Shown: positions 8,293 to 19,022, numbered from the stretch's first letter. The stretch: DNA of 64,000 nucleotides from Methanobacteriota archaeon (GCA_963769885.1 CAVYNH010000007.1:1-64000); one strand, 5' to 3'. Numbers and translations: made by a program. Notes: generated by a model not told the origin, from the letters alone.

Positions 8293-9804
8293 TCATGAAT
8301 TTGGGCCGTTGCCGCCTCCTGAACTCAATGAGACGTCCTTTGCCGAGGCGACCGTGGGTCGCTCCAGGGTTTTCCAGGTGAGAATCGGGGTTTTCACGGC
8401 GCCGACTTCGTCGATGCGGCGGACCGCGGTCTCATGGGGCGCTCCTTTGCTCATCGTCGGGTCTTCCTTGGCGATGGCGATAAGGGCGTTGATGTACTCG
8501 TCGAGCGTCTGCCGGGACTCCGACTCTGTCGGCTCGATCATCAGCGCCTCCTTAACAATGTGCGGGAAGTAGACCGTCGGCGGATGCAGACCATAGTCCA
8601 GGAGGCGTTTGGCGATGTCAAGAGCGCGGATTCCCTTGGTGTTTAGGAGGCGTTCCGCGCTGAGGACGAACTCGTGCTTACGGAGGGGCTGGAAGGGGAG
8701 GTCGTAAAAGCCGGATTCCACGAGTTTCTGTTTCATGTAGTTGGCGTTGAGGACGGCGACCTCTGAGGCCTCGGTTAGTCCGTCGGCGCCCATGAGCAGG
8801 ATGTAGGTGTAGGCTTTGATGATTGCGGAGATGTTGCCGTACCAGGATTTGATTTTGCCGATGGACTGCGGGTGTTGGTAGGAGAGATCATAGCCGGTTT
8901 TCGTCTTGATGATGCGGGGGATGGGGAGGAAGGGTTCGAGGTGTTTCTTGACGCCGACTGGGCCGGAGCCGGGTCCGCCGCCACCGTGGGGGGTCGAGAA
9001 GGTCTTGTGGAGGTTGATGTGAACAATGTCGAAGCCCATGTCGCCGGGGCGTGCCTTCCCTATGATGGCATTGAGGTTCGCGCCGTCGTAGTACAGCAGT
9101 GCGCCCTTGGCATGGACAATCCTGGCGATTTGGAGGATTTCGGATTCGAAGATGCCGAGGGTGTTGGGGTTGGTGAGCATGAAGCAGGCGGTGCGGTTGG
9201 AGGCAGTCTTTTCGAGGGCGTCGAGGTCGACGGTGCCTTCGGCGGTGGAGGGGATCTCGATGACGGTGTAGCCGGCCATAGTGGCGGAGGCGGGGTTCGT
9301 CCCGTGGGCGGTGTTCGGGAGGATGACCTCGGTCCGGTTGGTGTCGTGCCGCTGATCGTGGTAGGCCCGGGTGAGGAGGAGTCCGGTGAATTCTCCCTGG
9401 GCACCGGCTGCGGGTTGAAGGGTCATAGCGTCCATGCCAGTGATTTCGCAGAGCATCTGTTCGAGGGTGTACATGAGGTGGAGGGTGCCTTGGACGGTGG
9501 TGGGGTCCTGGTGGGGGTGGGTGAGGGCGAAGCCTTCCCATCTGCTGACGGTTTCGCAGAGCTTGGGGTTGTATTTCATGGTGCAGGAGCCGAGGGGGTA
9601 CATCCCGGTTTCGACGCCGTAGTTCATCTGGCTGAGGTGGAGGAAGTGGCGCATGAGTTGGAGTTCTTCCAGGGTGGGGATCTCGATGGGGCTGGTGCGC
9701 TGGAGGGCTTTGGGGACTTCAGGGGTGGGGGTGAGGGAGGCGGGCTGGGGCTCGGTGAGGTCGCGGAGGAGTGGCTCGCGGTATCGGGCGCTGCGGTACA
9801 TCAT
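8293..9804 (-). CDS. gcvPB: Glycine dehydrogenase (decarboxylating) subunit 2
   Basis: YPLGSCTMKYNP, LQPAAGAQGE, NLHKTFSTPHGGGGPG. Confidence 0.97.
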   Translation of the reverse strand: MMYRSARYREPLLRDLTEPQPASLTPTPEVPKALQRTSPIEIPTLEELQLMRHFLHLSQMNYGVETGMYPLGSCTMKYNPKLCETVSRWEGFALTHPHQDPTTVQGTLHLMYTLEQMLCEITGMDAMTLQPAAGAQGEFTGLLLTRAYHDQRHDTNRTEVILPNTAHGTNPASATMAGYTVIEIPSTAEGTVDLDALEKTASNRTACFMLTNPNTLGIFESEILQIARIVHAKGALLYYDGANLNAIIGKARPGDMGFDIVHINLHKTFSTPHGGGGPGSGPVGVKKHLEPFLPIPRIIKTKTGYDLSYQHPQSIGKIKSWYGNISAIIKAYTYILLMGADGLTEASEVAVLNANYMKQKLVESGFYDLPFQPLRKHEFVLSAERLLNTKGIRALDIAKRLLDYGLHPPTVYFPHIVKEALMIEPTESESRQTLDEYINALIAIAKEDPTMSKGAPHETAVRRIDEVGAVKTPILTWKTLERPTVASAKDVSLSSGGGNGPNS

Positions 9805-11144
9805 GGTTTCGCCTCCTTGAGGCCGGTGAGCAGACGGTTGATTTGTTCTGGGGTGTGCAGTTCGGTGACGCCGAAGAGCATGCAGTCGGTGAGCTCCGGG
9901 AACCAGGGCTGGAGGAGGAGTCCTCCGTGGACGCCGTGGTTGAGGAGGGTGGTATGGGTTTTGGTGGCGTTGGGGCAGCGGATGACGAATTCGTTGAAGG
10001 GGGTGCCGGTGAAGGGGGCGTGGTAGCCGGGGATGGCAGTGATGGCTTTTTTGAGGCTGTGGCCGGCGTTGATGTTCCGGCGTCCGAGATCGGTGAGGCC
10101 TTGGCCGCCGAGCCAGGCGAGGTGGACGGCGGCGGCGAGCATGCAGAGGCCTTCGTTGGTGCAGATGTTGCTGGTGGCTTTTTCACGGCGGATGTGTTGT
10201 TCCCTGGTCTGCAAGGTCATGCAATAGGCGGGGTGGCCGTCGGTGTCTTTGGTCATGCCGATGATGCGGCCGGGGAGTTGTCTGAGGTAGTCGTGGCGGC
10301 AGGCGAAGATGCCGAGGGTGGAGCCGCCGTAGTCCATCGGGTTGCCGAGGGCTTTGCCTTCGCCGATGACGATGTCGGCGCCGTAGTCGCCGGGGCTGCG
10401 GGTGATGCCGAGCGAGATGGGGTCGACGCCGACGACGAAGAGCGCCTGTTTGGCGTGGGTGAGGTCTGCGATGTCGGCGGCATGGTCTTCGAAGATGCCG
10501 AAGAAGTTGGGGTTTTCGAGGTAGACGCCGGCGGTGGTGTCGGTGAGGAGGTCGGCGAGGGCGTCGCGGTTAATGGTGCCGGTGTGAGGGTCATAGGGGG
10601 CCTCGTGGACGGTGATGCCGGCGCCGGTGGTGTAGTTTTTAAGGACGCTTTTCTTTTCCCAGGAGAGGTTTGCGGGGATGAGGAAGTGGGTTTTCTTGGT
10701 CTGTCGGCTACACATGAGGGCGGCTTCGCCGAGGGCGGTGGCGCCGTCGTAGAGGCTGGCGTTGGCGATGTCCATGCCGGTGAGCTCGGCGATCATGCTT
10801 TGGTATTCGAAGATGGCCTGGAGGAATCCTTGGCTGGCTTCTGGTTGGTAGGGGGTGTAGGCGGTGTAGAACTCGGAGCGGCTGGTGACAGCGGTGACGG
10901 CGGCGGGGAGGTAGTGTGGTTTGATGCCTCCGCCGAGGAAACTGGGCAGTTCGCAGAAGGATTTATTCTGGGCGGCGAGGCCTCTGAGGTGTGCTTCGAC
11001 GGCTTGTTGACTCTGGCCGGCCGGGAGGTTGAGTTTTTTGAGTCGGAGTTGTGGTGGGATGTCGGAGAAGAGGTCGTCGGTTGTGGTGAGGCCCATGTCA
11101 TGGGTCATGGCGTGTTTGACTGGAGAATTCGGGATGAATTTCAT
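9801..11144 (-). CDS. gcvPA: Glycine dehydrogenase (decarboxylating) subunit 1
   Basis: EFYTAYTPYQPEASQG, NASLYDGATA, TREQHIRREKATSNICTN. Confidence 0.97.
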   Translation of the reverse strand: MKFIPNSPVKHAMTHDMGLTTTDDLFSDIPPQLRLKKLNLPAGQSQQAVEAHLRGLAAQNKSFCELPSFLGGGIKPHYLPAAVTAVTSRSEFYTAYTPYQPEASQGFLQAIFEYQSMIAELTGMDIANASLYDGATALGEAALMCSRQTKKTHFLIPANLSWEKKSVLKNYTTGAGITVHEAPYDPHTGTINRDALADLLTDTTAGVYLENPNFFGIFEDHAADIADLTHAKQALFVVGVDPISLGITRSPGDYGADIVIGEGKALGNPMDYGGSTLGIFACRHDYLRQLPGRIIGMTKDTDGHPAYCMTLQTREQHIRREKATSNICTNEGLCMLAAAVHLAWLGGQGLTDLGRRNINAGHSLKKAITAIPGYHAPFTGTPFNEFVIRCPNATKTHTTLLNHGVHGGLLLQPWFPELTDCMLFGVTELHTPEQINRLLTGLKEAKP

Positions 11145-11208
11145 GGATGGTCCCCCACTCATTGTGGGGGTAACCGTCGTCCCTTAAAGAAAGTTTCTTC
11201 GTTTTTGC

Positions 11209-11661
11209 TTAGAGAGTGAGGAGGGGGGCGGGGTTGAGGGTGTGGGCGGTGAGGTCCCAGATTTGGAGGGCGAGCTGAGACCACGGGGTGCGGTCGAGGC
11301 TGCCGGTGATCCTGCCGAGGATGTCGTGGGGGCTGATGGCCTGGGTGGTGTCGGCGGCGATGTAGACGAGGTTGGTGGGTGGGGGGATAATGGCGCAGAC
11401 GGTAGCGCAGTGGGCGCCGTCGTCGTCTTGGTAGAGGATGGCGTCGCCTTCCTGGAGGGTGCCCTGGGTGTCGAGGTCTTTGATCAGGAGGTATCGCTGG
11501 GTGAGTGGGGTGGCGTCAGGGATGTAGTGGTATTGGTCGGGGTGTTGGTAGGAGTCGAGGAGGGTGTCGGGGCCGAGGGCTGCGGTCAGGATGATAAAAG
11601 GGATGCAGAGGATGATGAGTCCGAGGAGTGTTTTGAGGATGATAGTGATGTAATGGGTCAT
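11209..11661 (-). CDS. Membrane-anchored hypothetical protein, degenerate S26 signal-peptidase-like fold
   Basis: N-terminal TM, LQEGDAILY and DILGRI segments; catalytic SM motif not recognisable. Confidence 0.5.
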   Translation of the reverse strand: MTHYITIILKTLLGLIILCIPFIILTAALGPDTLLDSYQHPDQYHYIPDATPLTQRYLLIKDLDTQGTLQEGDAILYQDDDGAHCATVCAIIPPPTNLVYIAADTTQAISPHDILGRITGSLDRTPWSQLALQIWDLTAHTLNPAPLLTL

Positions 11662-11798
11662 TTGTCCGCTCTTCTCCGTGCTTGGGTTTGTCAGTGTTGG
11701 TATTTAAGGGTTGATTGTGAAAATGGCGGGGGCGGTGTTTTTCCGGGTTCTCCTGGGGGACCAAAAGCATTATTCGGAGGAAGTCATTACGTCTGGCG

Positions 11799-12758
11799 AT
11801 GCAGGATATATGGGTTGAGAAGTATCGGCCACGGTCGTTGTCGGATATCGCGGGGCAGGCGTCGATCGTGGAGCGGCTGGAGGCGTATGCGGCGACCAAG
11901 TCGGTGCCGCATCTGATTTTCGCCGGGCCGGCCGGGACGGGGAAAACGACGGCGGCGCTCGCGCTTGCCCGGTCGCTGTATGGTGAGGGGACGTGGTCGC
12001 AGAACTTCCATGAGCTTAACGCCAGCGACGAGCGCGGCATCGGGATCATCCGGGGGAAGATCAAGGATTTCGCGCGGACCGCGCCGATCGCCGCGGACTT
12101 CAAAATCATTTTCCTGGATGAGGCGGATTCGTTGACGCCGGAGGCGCAGGCGGCGTTGCGGCGGACGATCGAGAAGTACTCGCGGATCTGCCGGTTCATC
12201 CTTTCCGTGAACTATTCGTCGAAGATCATCGAGCCGATCCAGTCGCGTTGTGCGGTGTTCCGGTTCAAGCCGCTGGACGCCGAGGACATTAAGAAGTACA
12301 TCAGGAAGATCGCGACAAAGGAGAAGCTGGAGATCACCCCGGATGGGCTGGAGGCCCTCATCTTCATCGCGCGGGGGGATATGCGCAAGGCGATCAACAC
12401 CCTGCAGGTGTCCGCCTCCCTTGATAAGAAGATCACGGCGGAGTCGCTGTTCGAGATGTCGGCGACGGCGCGGCCGGAGGACATCAAGGCATTGATCTCG
12501 ACGGCACTGTCCGGTAACTTCATCGCGGCGCGCAACAAGCTTTATGAACTGCTGATCACGATCGGGCTGAGCGGGGAGGAGATTATCAAGCAGATCCACC
12601 GGAGCATCTTCGATCTCACGATTCCGGATGAGTCCAAGGTCCAGTTGATGGAGCGGACTGGAGAAGTGGAGTTCCGGCTCGTGGAGGGCAGCAACGAGCA
12701 TATCCAGCTGGAGTCGCTGCTCGCGCAGTTCGTCCTCGTGGGAAAAACATTACACTAG
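11799..12758 (+). CDS. rfcS: Replication factor C small subunit
   Basis: WVEKYRP, GPAGTGKTT, ELNASDERGI, LDEAD, IQSRC. Confidence 0.98.
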   Translation: MQDIWVEKYRPRSLSDIAGQASIVERLEAYAATKSVPHLIFAGPAGTGKTTAALALARSLYGEGTWSQNFHELNASDERGIGIIRGKIKDFARTAPIAADFKIIFLDEADSLTPEAQAALRRTIEKYSRICRFILSVNYSSKIIEPIQSRCAVFRFKPLDAEDIKKYIRKIATKEKLEITPDGLEALIFIARGDMRKAINTLQVSASLDKKITAESLFEMSATARPEDIKALISTALSGNFIAARNKLYELLITIGLSGEEIIKQIHRSIFDLTIPDESKVQLMERTGEVEFRLVEGSNEHIQLESLLAQFVLVGKTLH

Positions 12759-14087
12759 GCGGCGGCTCGTAAGGAACTTTTCGACGACTGCGTCGAGTTC
12801 TTTTTCGGTGTGTTCACCGACGCCGTAGCTGACACGCAGCACCGGTCGGTCGGCTTTCAGGATGCGGGAGAGGTCGATGGGCGTTCCGCTGAGGACTAGG
12901 TCGCAGTCGCTGCGGTTAATGGTCTGCTCTAGCTCTTTGACCTGCTTCTTCCCGTAGCCCATTGCGGGCAGCACGTTGGTCAAATGGTTGTACTTTTCGA
13001 ATGTCGCCTTAATCGAGCCGACGGCGAACGGACGGGGATCGATGATTTCCTTGGCGCCGTAGTCCCTGGCAGCGACAGAGCCTGCCCCATAGGGCATACT
13101 GCCGTGTGTCACCGTGGGCCCGTCCTCGATGACGAGGACGCGCTTGCCGGCGATTGCCTCGGCACCCTGAACCGCGACGGTGGAGACGCCCTCGATGATT
13201 TGGGCGGTAGGGTTGATGCGTTGGACGTTGCGGCGGACTTTTTCGACGTTGCCGGGGTCCGCGGTGTTCACTTTGTTGATGATGATGACGTCGGCGCAGC
13301 GGACGTTCACCTCGCCGGGATAGTACGAAGTCTCATGCCCGGGCCGGTGGGGGTCCGCAATCGTGATGAACAAATCGGAGGCGTAGAACGGGAAGTCGTT
13401 GTTGCCGCCGTCCCAGATGATGATATCCGCCTCAGTTTCGGCGGCCTGCAGGATCTGTTCGTAGTCGACGCCGGCGTAAATGATGCCGCCTTCGTCGATA
13501 TACGGCTCGTACTCCTCACGTTCTTCGATTGTGCATTCGTATTTGTCTAAGTCTTCGTACTTGGCGAACCGCTGGCAGACCTGGGTCATTAGGTCGGTGT
13601 TGTACGGCATGGGATGCCGGATTGAGACGACCCGCAGCCCCCGCTTCCGGAGCAGCTGGAAGATCTTCCGGGCGACCTGGGACTTGCCGCAGCCGGTCCG
13701 GACGGCGACCACCGCGATCACGGGTTTCTTCGAGTGGAGCATGGTGTGGTTCAGGCCAAGGAGCATGAAATCGGCGCCGGCGGCATTGACGATCGCGCTC
13801 CGCTCCATCACATAGGTATATGCGACGTCACTGTAGGAAAAGACTACGGTCTCGACCTTGAGGTCTTTGATGAGCCGAGTCAGGTCGTCCTCTGGGTAGA
13901 TGGGGATGCCCTGTGGATATAGGGAGCCGGCGAGCGCGGCGGGGTACTTCCGCCCCGCGATATCGGGGATCTGCGTGGCCGTGAAGGCAACCACGTTGTA
14001 CAAGGGGTTGTTCCGGAAGTAGACATTGAAGTTGTGAAAATCGCGGCCTGCTGCCCCCATGATGAGTACATTCGTCTTCTGCGCCAT
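12750..14087 (-). CDS. COG2403 GTPase / cyclic 2,3-diphosphoglycerate synthetase-like protein
   Basis: GAAGRDFHNFN, AVRTGCGKS, RHPMPY, WDGGNND, EDGPT. Confidence 0.88.
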   Translation of the reverse strand: MAQKTNVLIMGAAGRDFHNFNVYFRNNPLYNVVAFTATQIPDIAGRKYPAALAGSLYPQGIPIYPEDDLTRLIKDLKVETVVFSYSDVAYTYVMERSAIVNAAGADFMLLGLNHTMLHSKKPVIAVVAVRTGCGKSQVARKIFQLLRKRGLRVVSIRHPMPYNTDLMTQVCQRFAKYEDLDKYECTIEEREEYEPYIDEGGIIYAGVDYEQILQAAETEADIIIWDGGNNDFPFYASDLFITIADPHRPGHETSYYPGEVNVRCADVIIINKVNTADPGNVEKVRRNVQRINPTAQIIEGVSTVAVQGAEAIAGKRVLVIEDGPTVTHGSMPYGAGSVAARDYGAKEIIDPRPFAVGSIKATFEKYNHLTNVLPAMGYGKKQVKELEQTINRSDCDLVLSGTPIDLSRILKADRPVLRVSYGVGEHTEKELDAVVEKFLTSRRLV

Positions 14088-14241
14088 ACCCAGTCACGCT
14101 ACACCCAGGGAATCCGGCGACGGTTAATATAGTTTCTCGGAAAGAATACCCCGATTTTTATCCTCATGGTTTTCGCTAGCTTCATAAGCACCCAACATGA
14201 TATCATTGCACTCCCTTCGAGACGGGATCCGAGGAGAACGA

Positions 14242-14439
14242 ATGAACCGGGAGGCACTCCCCCTCATCGTCGGAATCGCCGTGCCCATCATCGCGGTCGC
14301 TCTCATTATCTCCTACGTCCTCGGAATCGACTACCTCGCCGTGTTCCGCGCCGTCTCACCGATTTATTTCATCGTCTTAATCCCCTTCATCCTGGGCGCC
14401 TTCGCCGCCGGCATGTGGCTGCGGAAAAGCCGGGACTAA
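14242..14439 (+). CDS. Small 2-TM membrane protein
   Basis: GAGGAG SD, then MNREALPLIVGIAVPIIAVALII...; two hydrophobic helices. Confidence 0.7.
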   Translation: MNREALPLIVGIAVPIIAVALIISYVLGIDYLAVFRAVSPIYFIVLIPFILGAFAAGMWLRKSRD

Positions 14440-14580
14440 TCCCTCCTGGTACAGACGTGAAGAAAGTTATAAATACGCGGTTCCTGTTATCACACCCCGA
14501 GGATGAGATGCCAGGATACAATTCACGTTATTCTCTAGCCTAGCAATCGATTTCTCAAAGATGGGATATGGGTTGACGGG

Positions 14581-17253
14581 ATGCACTTAAAACACCGCAA
14601 AAAGGAGACCACAGGCGGACGACCACCGGACACTCCTGAGAAGAAAACCAATGCACCGCTCACCGTCGAACAACGCGTCGACGAAGTCCTTCGCACCACC
14701 TCACCTCCCGACACGCACTCCACCCCTTCCCCCCACAAATCCTTCTTCATCAGAAAAAAATATGCTACCCCCGTCGCCGACGCACACGCCACCCCAACCA
14801 CCACGACGCCCCAGTCCCAGACACGACACCTCCTCACCCGACCCCACTTCAGAGAAACCAAGGCCCACGCCCCGTCCCACCGCCGCTTCACCCTCCACCG
14901 ACAGTCACACCAGCCGGACCAACAACCGGCCCCGAAACCAAAGAAACATCACCTCCTCCACCTTCCCGCTCGCCACGCAGACAAACAAGCGACCTCAAAG
15001 CCGAAGAAACACCGCCTCCTCCACCGCCGCCCCCACCTAAAACCCTCCCATCCACCCGCAAAGAAACATGGACTCCTCCACCGAACACCCACTACAACCC
15101 CAGAAACTGCCAAAAAACACACCCGATTCACCCGCAAACACCCCACCACGAAACACGCACCAAAAATCAAGAAACACCCCGCCTTCACCAGCCATGATAC
15201 CCTCACCGCCCCCGGAACCCCGCAGCCAGACCAACCCGTTCCACCATCCCCGACCACAGAGGGACCCCTACCCGAGCATAAGACCCGGTTCTTCTTCGCT
15301 AAAAACAAGCAAACCAAACCCAAAAAACCCCAAACATCAACGACAGCCGAAACACCAAAAACACGCACCAAACCAAAGCCCACCACGACAACGCAGCCGA
15401 TCTCCACCCCCCAAGACACCGAAACCAGGCAAGAAGAACCCAAATTCCCAGAATACCTCCCCAACGTCAACGACGACGAAGCCTCAACCATCGACCAAAA
15501 AATCAAAGAAACCCTCACCGCCACCAGCGACATCGCCTTCTTACACGACCCCGCACACCCCCACGCCGCTCACACCCCTGCTGCCTCTCCACAAACACCC
15601 ACGTCACCATCAGCCGCCACTCCCAACCAGCCCGAAGCCCCAATCAAAATCAGCACCAAAGAACGGCCGACGAAACGATTCGAAGACCTTGCCCCCGACG
15701 GCATCCTCCAAAACCAAGACATCGCCCGCCAACTCAAAGACCAGACCCTCGGCCAACTCGGCTATAAAACCGGCACCATCGAAGAAATCGACTTCTACCC
15801 CCTCTACGAACCCTACGCCTACGTCGAAATCGTCAGAGAGCAAGACTCGCTCGACAAACGCTACCTCCTCGTCGAAATCCAACTCACCCCCGATGAGAAC
15901 AACCTCCTCAACTTCCTGAAAACCACCTTCTCCACCATCGTCTTCCACCCCCACGAAATCGACGAAGTCAGCGAATTCGATTACCTCACCACCAAAGTCG
16001 ACGAAATCCTCGACGACTACATGGTCCCCATCGAAAACGAGACCAAGAAAAAACTCATCTACTTCCTCGAAAAAGAATTCCTCGGCCTCGGCAAACTCGA
16101 AATCCTCATGAAAGACCCCAACATCGAGGACATCTCCTGCGACGGCGTCGGCATCCCCATCTTCCTCTACCACCGCCGCTACGGCAGCCTCCAAAGCAAC
16201 GTCGAATTCACCGAAGAAGAACAACTCTCCGCCTTCGTCGTCAAACTCGCCCAAAAATGCGGCAAACACATCAGCGTCGCCGAACCCATGCTCGACGCCA
16301 CCATGCCCGACGGCTCCCGTATCCAGATGACCCTCAGCACCGAGGTCACCACCAAAGGATCCACCTTCACCATCCGCAAATTCAGCGAAGACCCCTTCTC
16401 ACCCCCCGACCTCGTCGAATTCCACACCATGTCCTCCGAAATGGTCGCCTTCATGTGGCTCGCCATCGAAAACGGCATCAACGCCCTCATCGCCGGCGGC
16501 ACCGCCGCAGGCAAAACATCCACCCTTAACGCCCTCTCCCTCTTCATCCCCCGCGAATCCAAGATCGTCTCCATCGAAGAAACCCGCGAAATCAACCTCC
16601 CCCACCCGAACTGGATTCCCGGCGTCGTCCGCTCCGGCTTCGGCGAAGTCGTCGGCAACAAAGTCATCGGCGAAATCGACCTCTACGACCTCATGAAAGC
16701 CGCCCTCCGCCAACGCCCTGAATATATCATTGTCGGCGAGATCCGCGGCAAAGAGGCCTATGTCCTCTTCCAAGCCATGGCCACCGGCCACACCACCTAC
16801 TCCACTGTGCACGCAGACTCCGCCCAATCACTGATTCACCGCCTCGAAGGAAAACCCATCGAAATCCCCAGAATCATGCTCCAGGCCCTTGACCTCATCT
16901 GCATCCAAGTCATCTCACGAGTCAAAAACAAACGCGCCCGCCGCTGCAAACAAATCATCGAAATCATCGACATCGACCCCACCACCAAAGAAATCCTCAC
17001 CAACGAAGTCTTCCACTGGGACCCCATTGAAGACAAATTCATCTACTCCGGCAAAAGCTACGTCCTCGAACGCATCCGCTCAGAGAAAGACATCTCCAGA
17101 GAAGAGATGATCCAGGAAATCAAGAACCGCTCCCTCCTCATCGAATGGATGAACAAGGAGAACTACCGGGAATTCAAGAAAGTCGCCACCATCATCGCCC
17201 AATACGCCGACAATCCCGCGGAGACCATGAAGAAGGTCCTCGGACAGCCATGA
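14581..17253 (+). CDS. Type IV pilus/secretion ATPase (VirB11/ArlI family) with long disordered N-terminal extension
   Basis: DPNIEDISCDG, GGTAAGKT, SIEETRE, LRQRPEYIIVGEIRG, TGH..STVHA. Confidence 0.95.
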   Translation: MHLKHRKKETTGGRPPDTPEKKTNAPLTVEQRVDEVLRTTSPPDTHSTPSPHKSFFIRKKYATPVADAHATPTTTTPQSQTRHLLTRPHFRETKAHAPSHRRFTLHRQSHQPDQQPAPKPKKHHLLHLPARHADKQATSKPKKHRLLHRRPHLKPSHPPAKKHGLLHRTPTTTPETAKKHTRFTRKHPTTKHAPKIKKHPAFTSHDTLTAPGTPQPDQPVPPSPTTEGPLPEHKTRFFFAKNKQTKPKKPQTSTTAETPKTRTKPKPTTTTQPISTPQDTETRQEEPKFPEYLPNVNDDEASTIDQKIKETLTATSDIAFLHDPAHPHAAHTPAASPQTPTSPSAATPNQPEAPIKISTKERPTKRFEDLAPDGILQNQDIARQLKDQTLGQLGYKTGTIEEIDFYPLYEPYAYVEIVREQDSLDKRYLLVEIQLTPDENNLLNFLKTTFSTIVFHPHEIDEVSEFDYLTTKVDEILDDYMVPIENETKKKLIYFLEKEFLGLGKLEILMKDPNIEDISCDGVGIPIFLYHRRYGSLQSNVEFTEEEQLSAFVVKLAQKCGKHISVAEPMLDATMPDGSRIQMTLSTEVTTKGSTFTIRKFSEDPFSPPDLVEFHTMSSEMVAFMWLAIENGINALIAGGTAAGKTSTLNALSLFIPRESKIVSIEETREINLPHPNWIPGVVRSGFGEVVGNKVIGEIDLYDLMKAALRQRPEYIIVGEIRGKEAYVLFQAMATGHTTYSTVHADSAQSLIHRLEGKPIEIPRIMLQALDLICIQVISRVKNKRARRCKQIIEIIDIDPTTKEILTNEVFHWDPIEDKFIYSGKSYVLERIRSEKDISREEMIQEIKNRSLLIEWMNKENYREFKKVATIIAQYADNPAETMKKVLGQP

Positions 17254-19022
17254 TCAAGAAAACTGCGGTCTGCCCCTCCTGCCATACGAAAATCACGGTT
17301 GAGGGCACCCCAGGAACAAAAGTAAAGGTCGCCTGCGCCTCCTGCGGAAAACAGGGCACCATCATATTTTCCTCACACGAGACCACCATCGAAGAAAAAA
17401 ACCTCGTCCAACTCGATTTCTACCCCGTCCATGAACCCTTCTCATACATCAAAGTCCTCAAAGACTCAGCCTCCCTCGACAAATTCTACAAAGTCATCGA
17501 ACCACACCTCACCGACGAAGAAACCAAACACCTCATGACCATCCAAAACACCCTCATCAACACCATCGACGTCATGGTCGAAGACATCGACCCAGCGAAA
17601 ATCGAACCATACCTCCTCGACCACATTAACAAGATCATCACGGAAAACCAATTCCCTGCTGACGACGTCTTCAAAACCAAGATCCTCTACTACATCAAAC
17701 GCGACTTCCTCAACTATGGCAAAATAGACCCGCTGATGAGAGACCCCAACATTGAGGACATCTCCTGCGACGGCTCCGCAATCCCCATCTTCCTCTACCA
17801 CCGCAACTTCGGATCCCTGAAAAGCAACGTCCAGTTCCTCGACGAAATCGAACTCTCATCGTTCGTCGTCAAACTCGCCCAGAAATGCGGCAAGAACATC
17901 TCCGTCGCGGAGCCCATGCTTGACGCGACCATGCCTGACGGCTCCCGCATCCAGATGACGCTCAGCAAAGCGGTAACCACGCACGGATCCACCTTCACCA
18001 TCCGCAAATTCAGGGCAGATCCTATCACGGCGACGGATCTCATCAAGTATAAGACATATTCCCCAGAGATGGTCGCCTTCATGTGGCTCGCCGTCGAAAA
18101 CGGGATTAACGCCCTCATCGCCGGCGGGACCGCATCCGGGAAGACCTCGGCGCTCAACGCCCTCTCCCTCTTCATCCCCCGCGAATCCAAGATCGTCTCC
18201 ATCGAAGAAACCCGCGAGATCAACCTCCCCCACCCGAACTGGATTCCGGGCGCAGTACGATCAGGATTCGGCGAGGTGGTCAATGAGAAATTCGCCGGCG
18301 AAATCGACCTCTACGACCTCATGAAGGCCGCCCTCCGCCAACGACCTGAATACATCATAGTGGGGGAAATCCGCGGCAAAGAGGCGTACGTCCTCTTTCA
18401 GGCTATGGCGACCGGACATACAACATACTCAACGGTCCATGCGGATTCCACAGAATCACTCATCCACAGGCTGGAAGGGAAGCCGATTGAAATCCCTCGA
18501 GTCATGCTCCAGTCATTGAACCTCGTCATCCTTCAATCCAGTGTTTTGATTGGGGATAAGAACGTCCGTCGGTGCAAACAGATCGTTGAAATCGTGGACA
18601 TTGACCCGATGACAAAGGAGATTCTGACCAACGAGGTGTTTCGTTGGAACCCTGTTGATGACAGCTTTTACTTCTCCGGGAAAAGCTACGTCCTGGAACG
18701 AATCAGAAGTCAGTATGATATGAGTCGGGAAGAGATGCTGAGTGAAATCAAGCGGCGAGTCCAGATCCTTGAGTGGATGACGCAGAAGAACATCCGGGTG
18801 TTCAAAGATGTTGCGCGAATCGTTGCCTACTACGCTGAGTTTCCCGAAGATTTAATGTCGAAGGTCAAGAAAGACCTGGAAAAGGCGAGCGAAGGTCTAG
18901 GCTCGGTAAGCACTGGAACTCAGAATGAGCCTGTTCAAATACAACCGCAGTCGTCTCCCCCGATTCCACCGGAAGGCGGATCTGAGCCGGTGTCGGGGAA
19001 ACGGTCGAAGAAGGCGAAATAG
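17250..19022 (+). CDS. Second type IV pilus ATPase with N-terminal Zn ribbon
   Basis: CPSC...CASC, then GGTASGKT, LRQRPEYIIVGEIRG; ATGA overlap with the upstream gene. Confidence 0.95.
   Translation: MIKKTAVCPSCHTKITVEGTPGTKVKVACASCGKQGTIIFSSHETTIEEKNLVQLDFYPVHEPFSYIKVLKDSASLDKFYKVIEPHLTDEETKHLMTIQNTLINTIDVMVEDIDPAKIEPYLLDHINKIITENQFPADDVFKTKILYYIKRDFLNYGKIDPLMRDPNIEDISCDGSAIPIFLYHRNFGSLKSNVQFLDEIELSSFVVKLAQKCGKNISVAEPMLDATMPDGSRIQMTLSKAVTTHGSTFTIRKFRADPITATDLIKYKTYSPEMVAFMWLAVENGINALIAGGTASGKTSALNALSLFIPRESKIVSIEETREINLPHPNWIPGAVRSGFGEVVNEKFAGEIDLYDLMKAALRQRPEYIIVGEIRGKEAYVLFQAMATGHTTYSTVHADSTESLIHRLEGKPIEIPRVMLQSLNLVILQSSVLIGDKNVRRCKQIVEIVDIDPMTKEILTNEVFRWNPVDDSFYFSGKSYVLERIRSQYDMSREEMLSEIKRRVQILEWMTQKNIRVFKDVARIVAYYAEFPEDLMSKVKKDLEKASEGLGSVSTGTQNEPVQIQPQSSPPIPPEGGSEPVSGKRSKKAK

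Noticed and set aside
8872-11916. Long V/G/E-rich antisense ORFs and P/S/T-rich alternative-frame ORFs (also at 41048-42217 and 57622-58960)
   Set aside because: Shadows of real genes; the extreme C/G skew removes stop codons from alternative frames.
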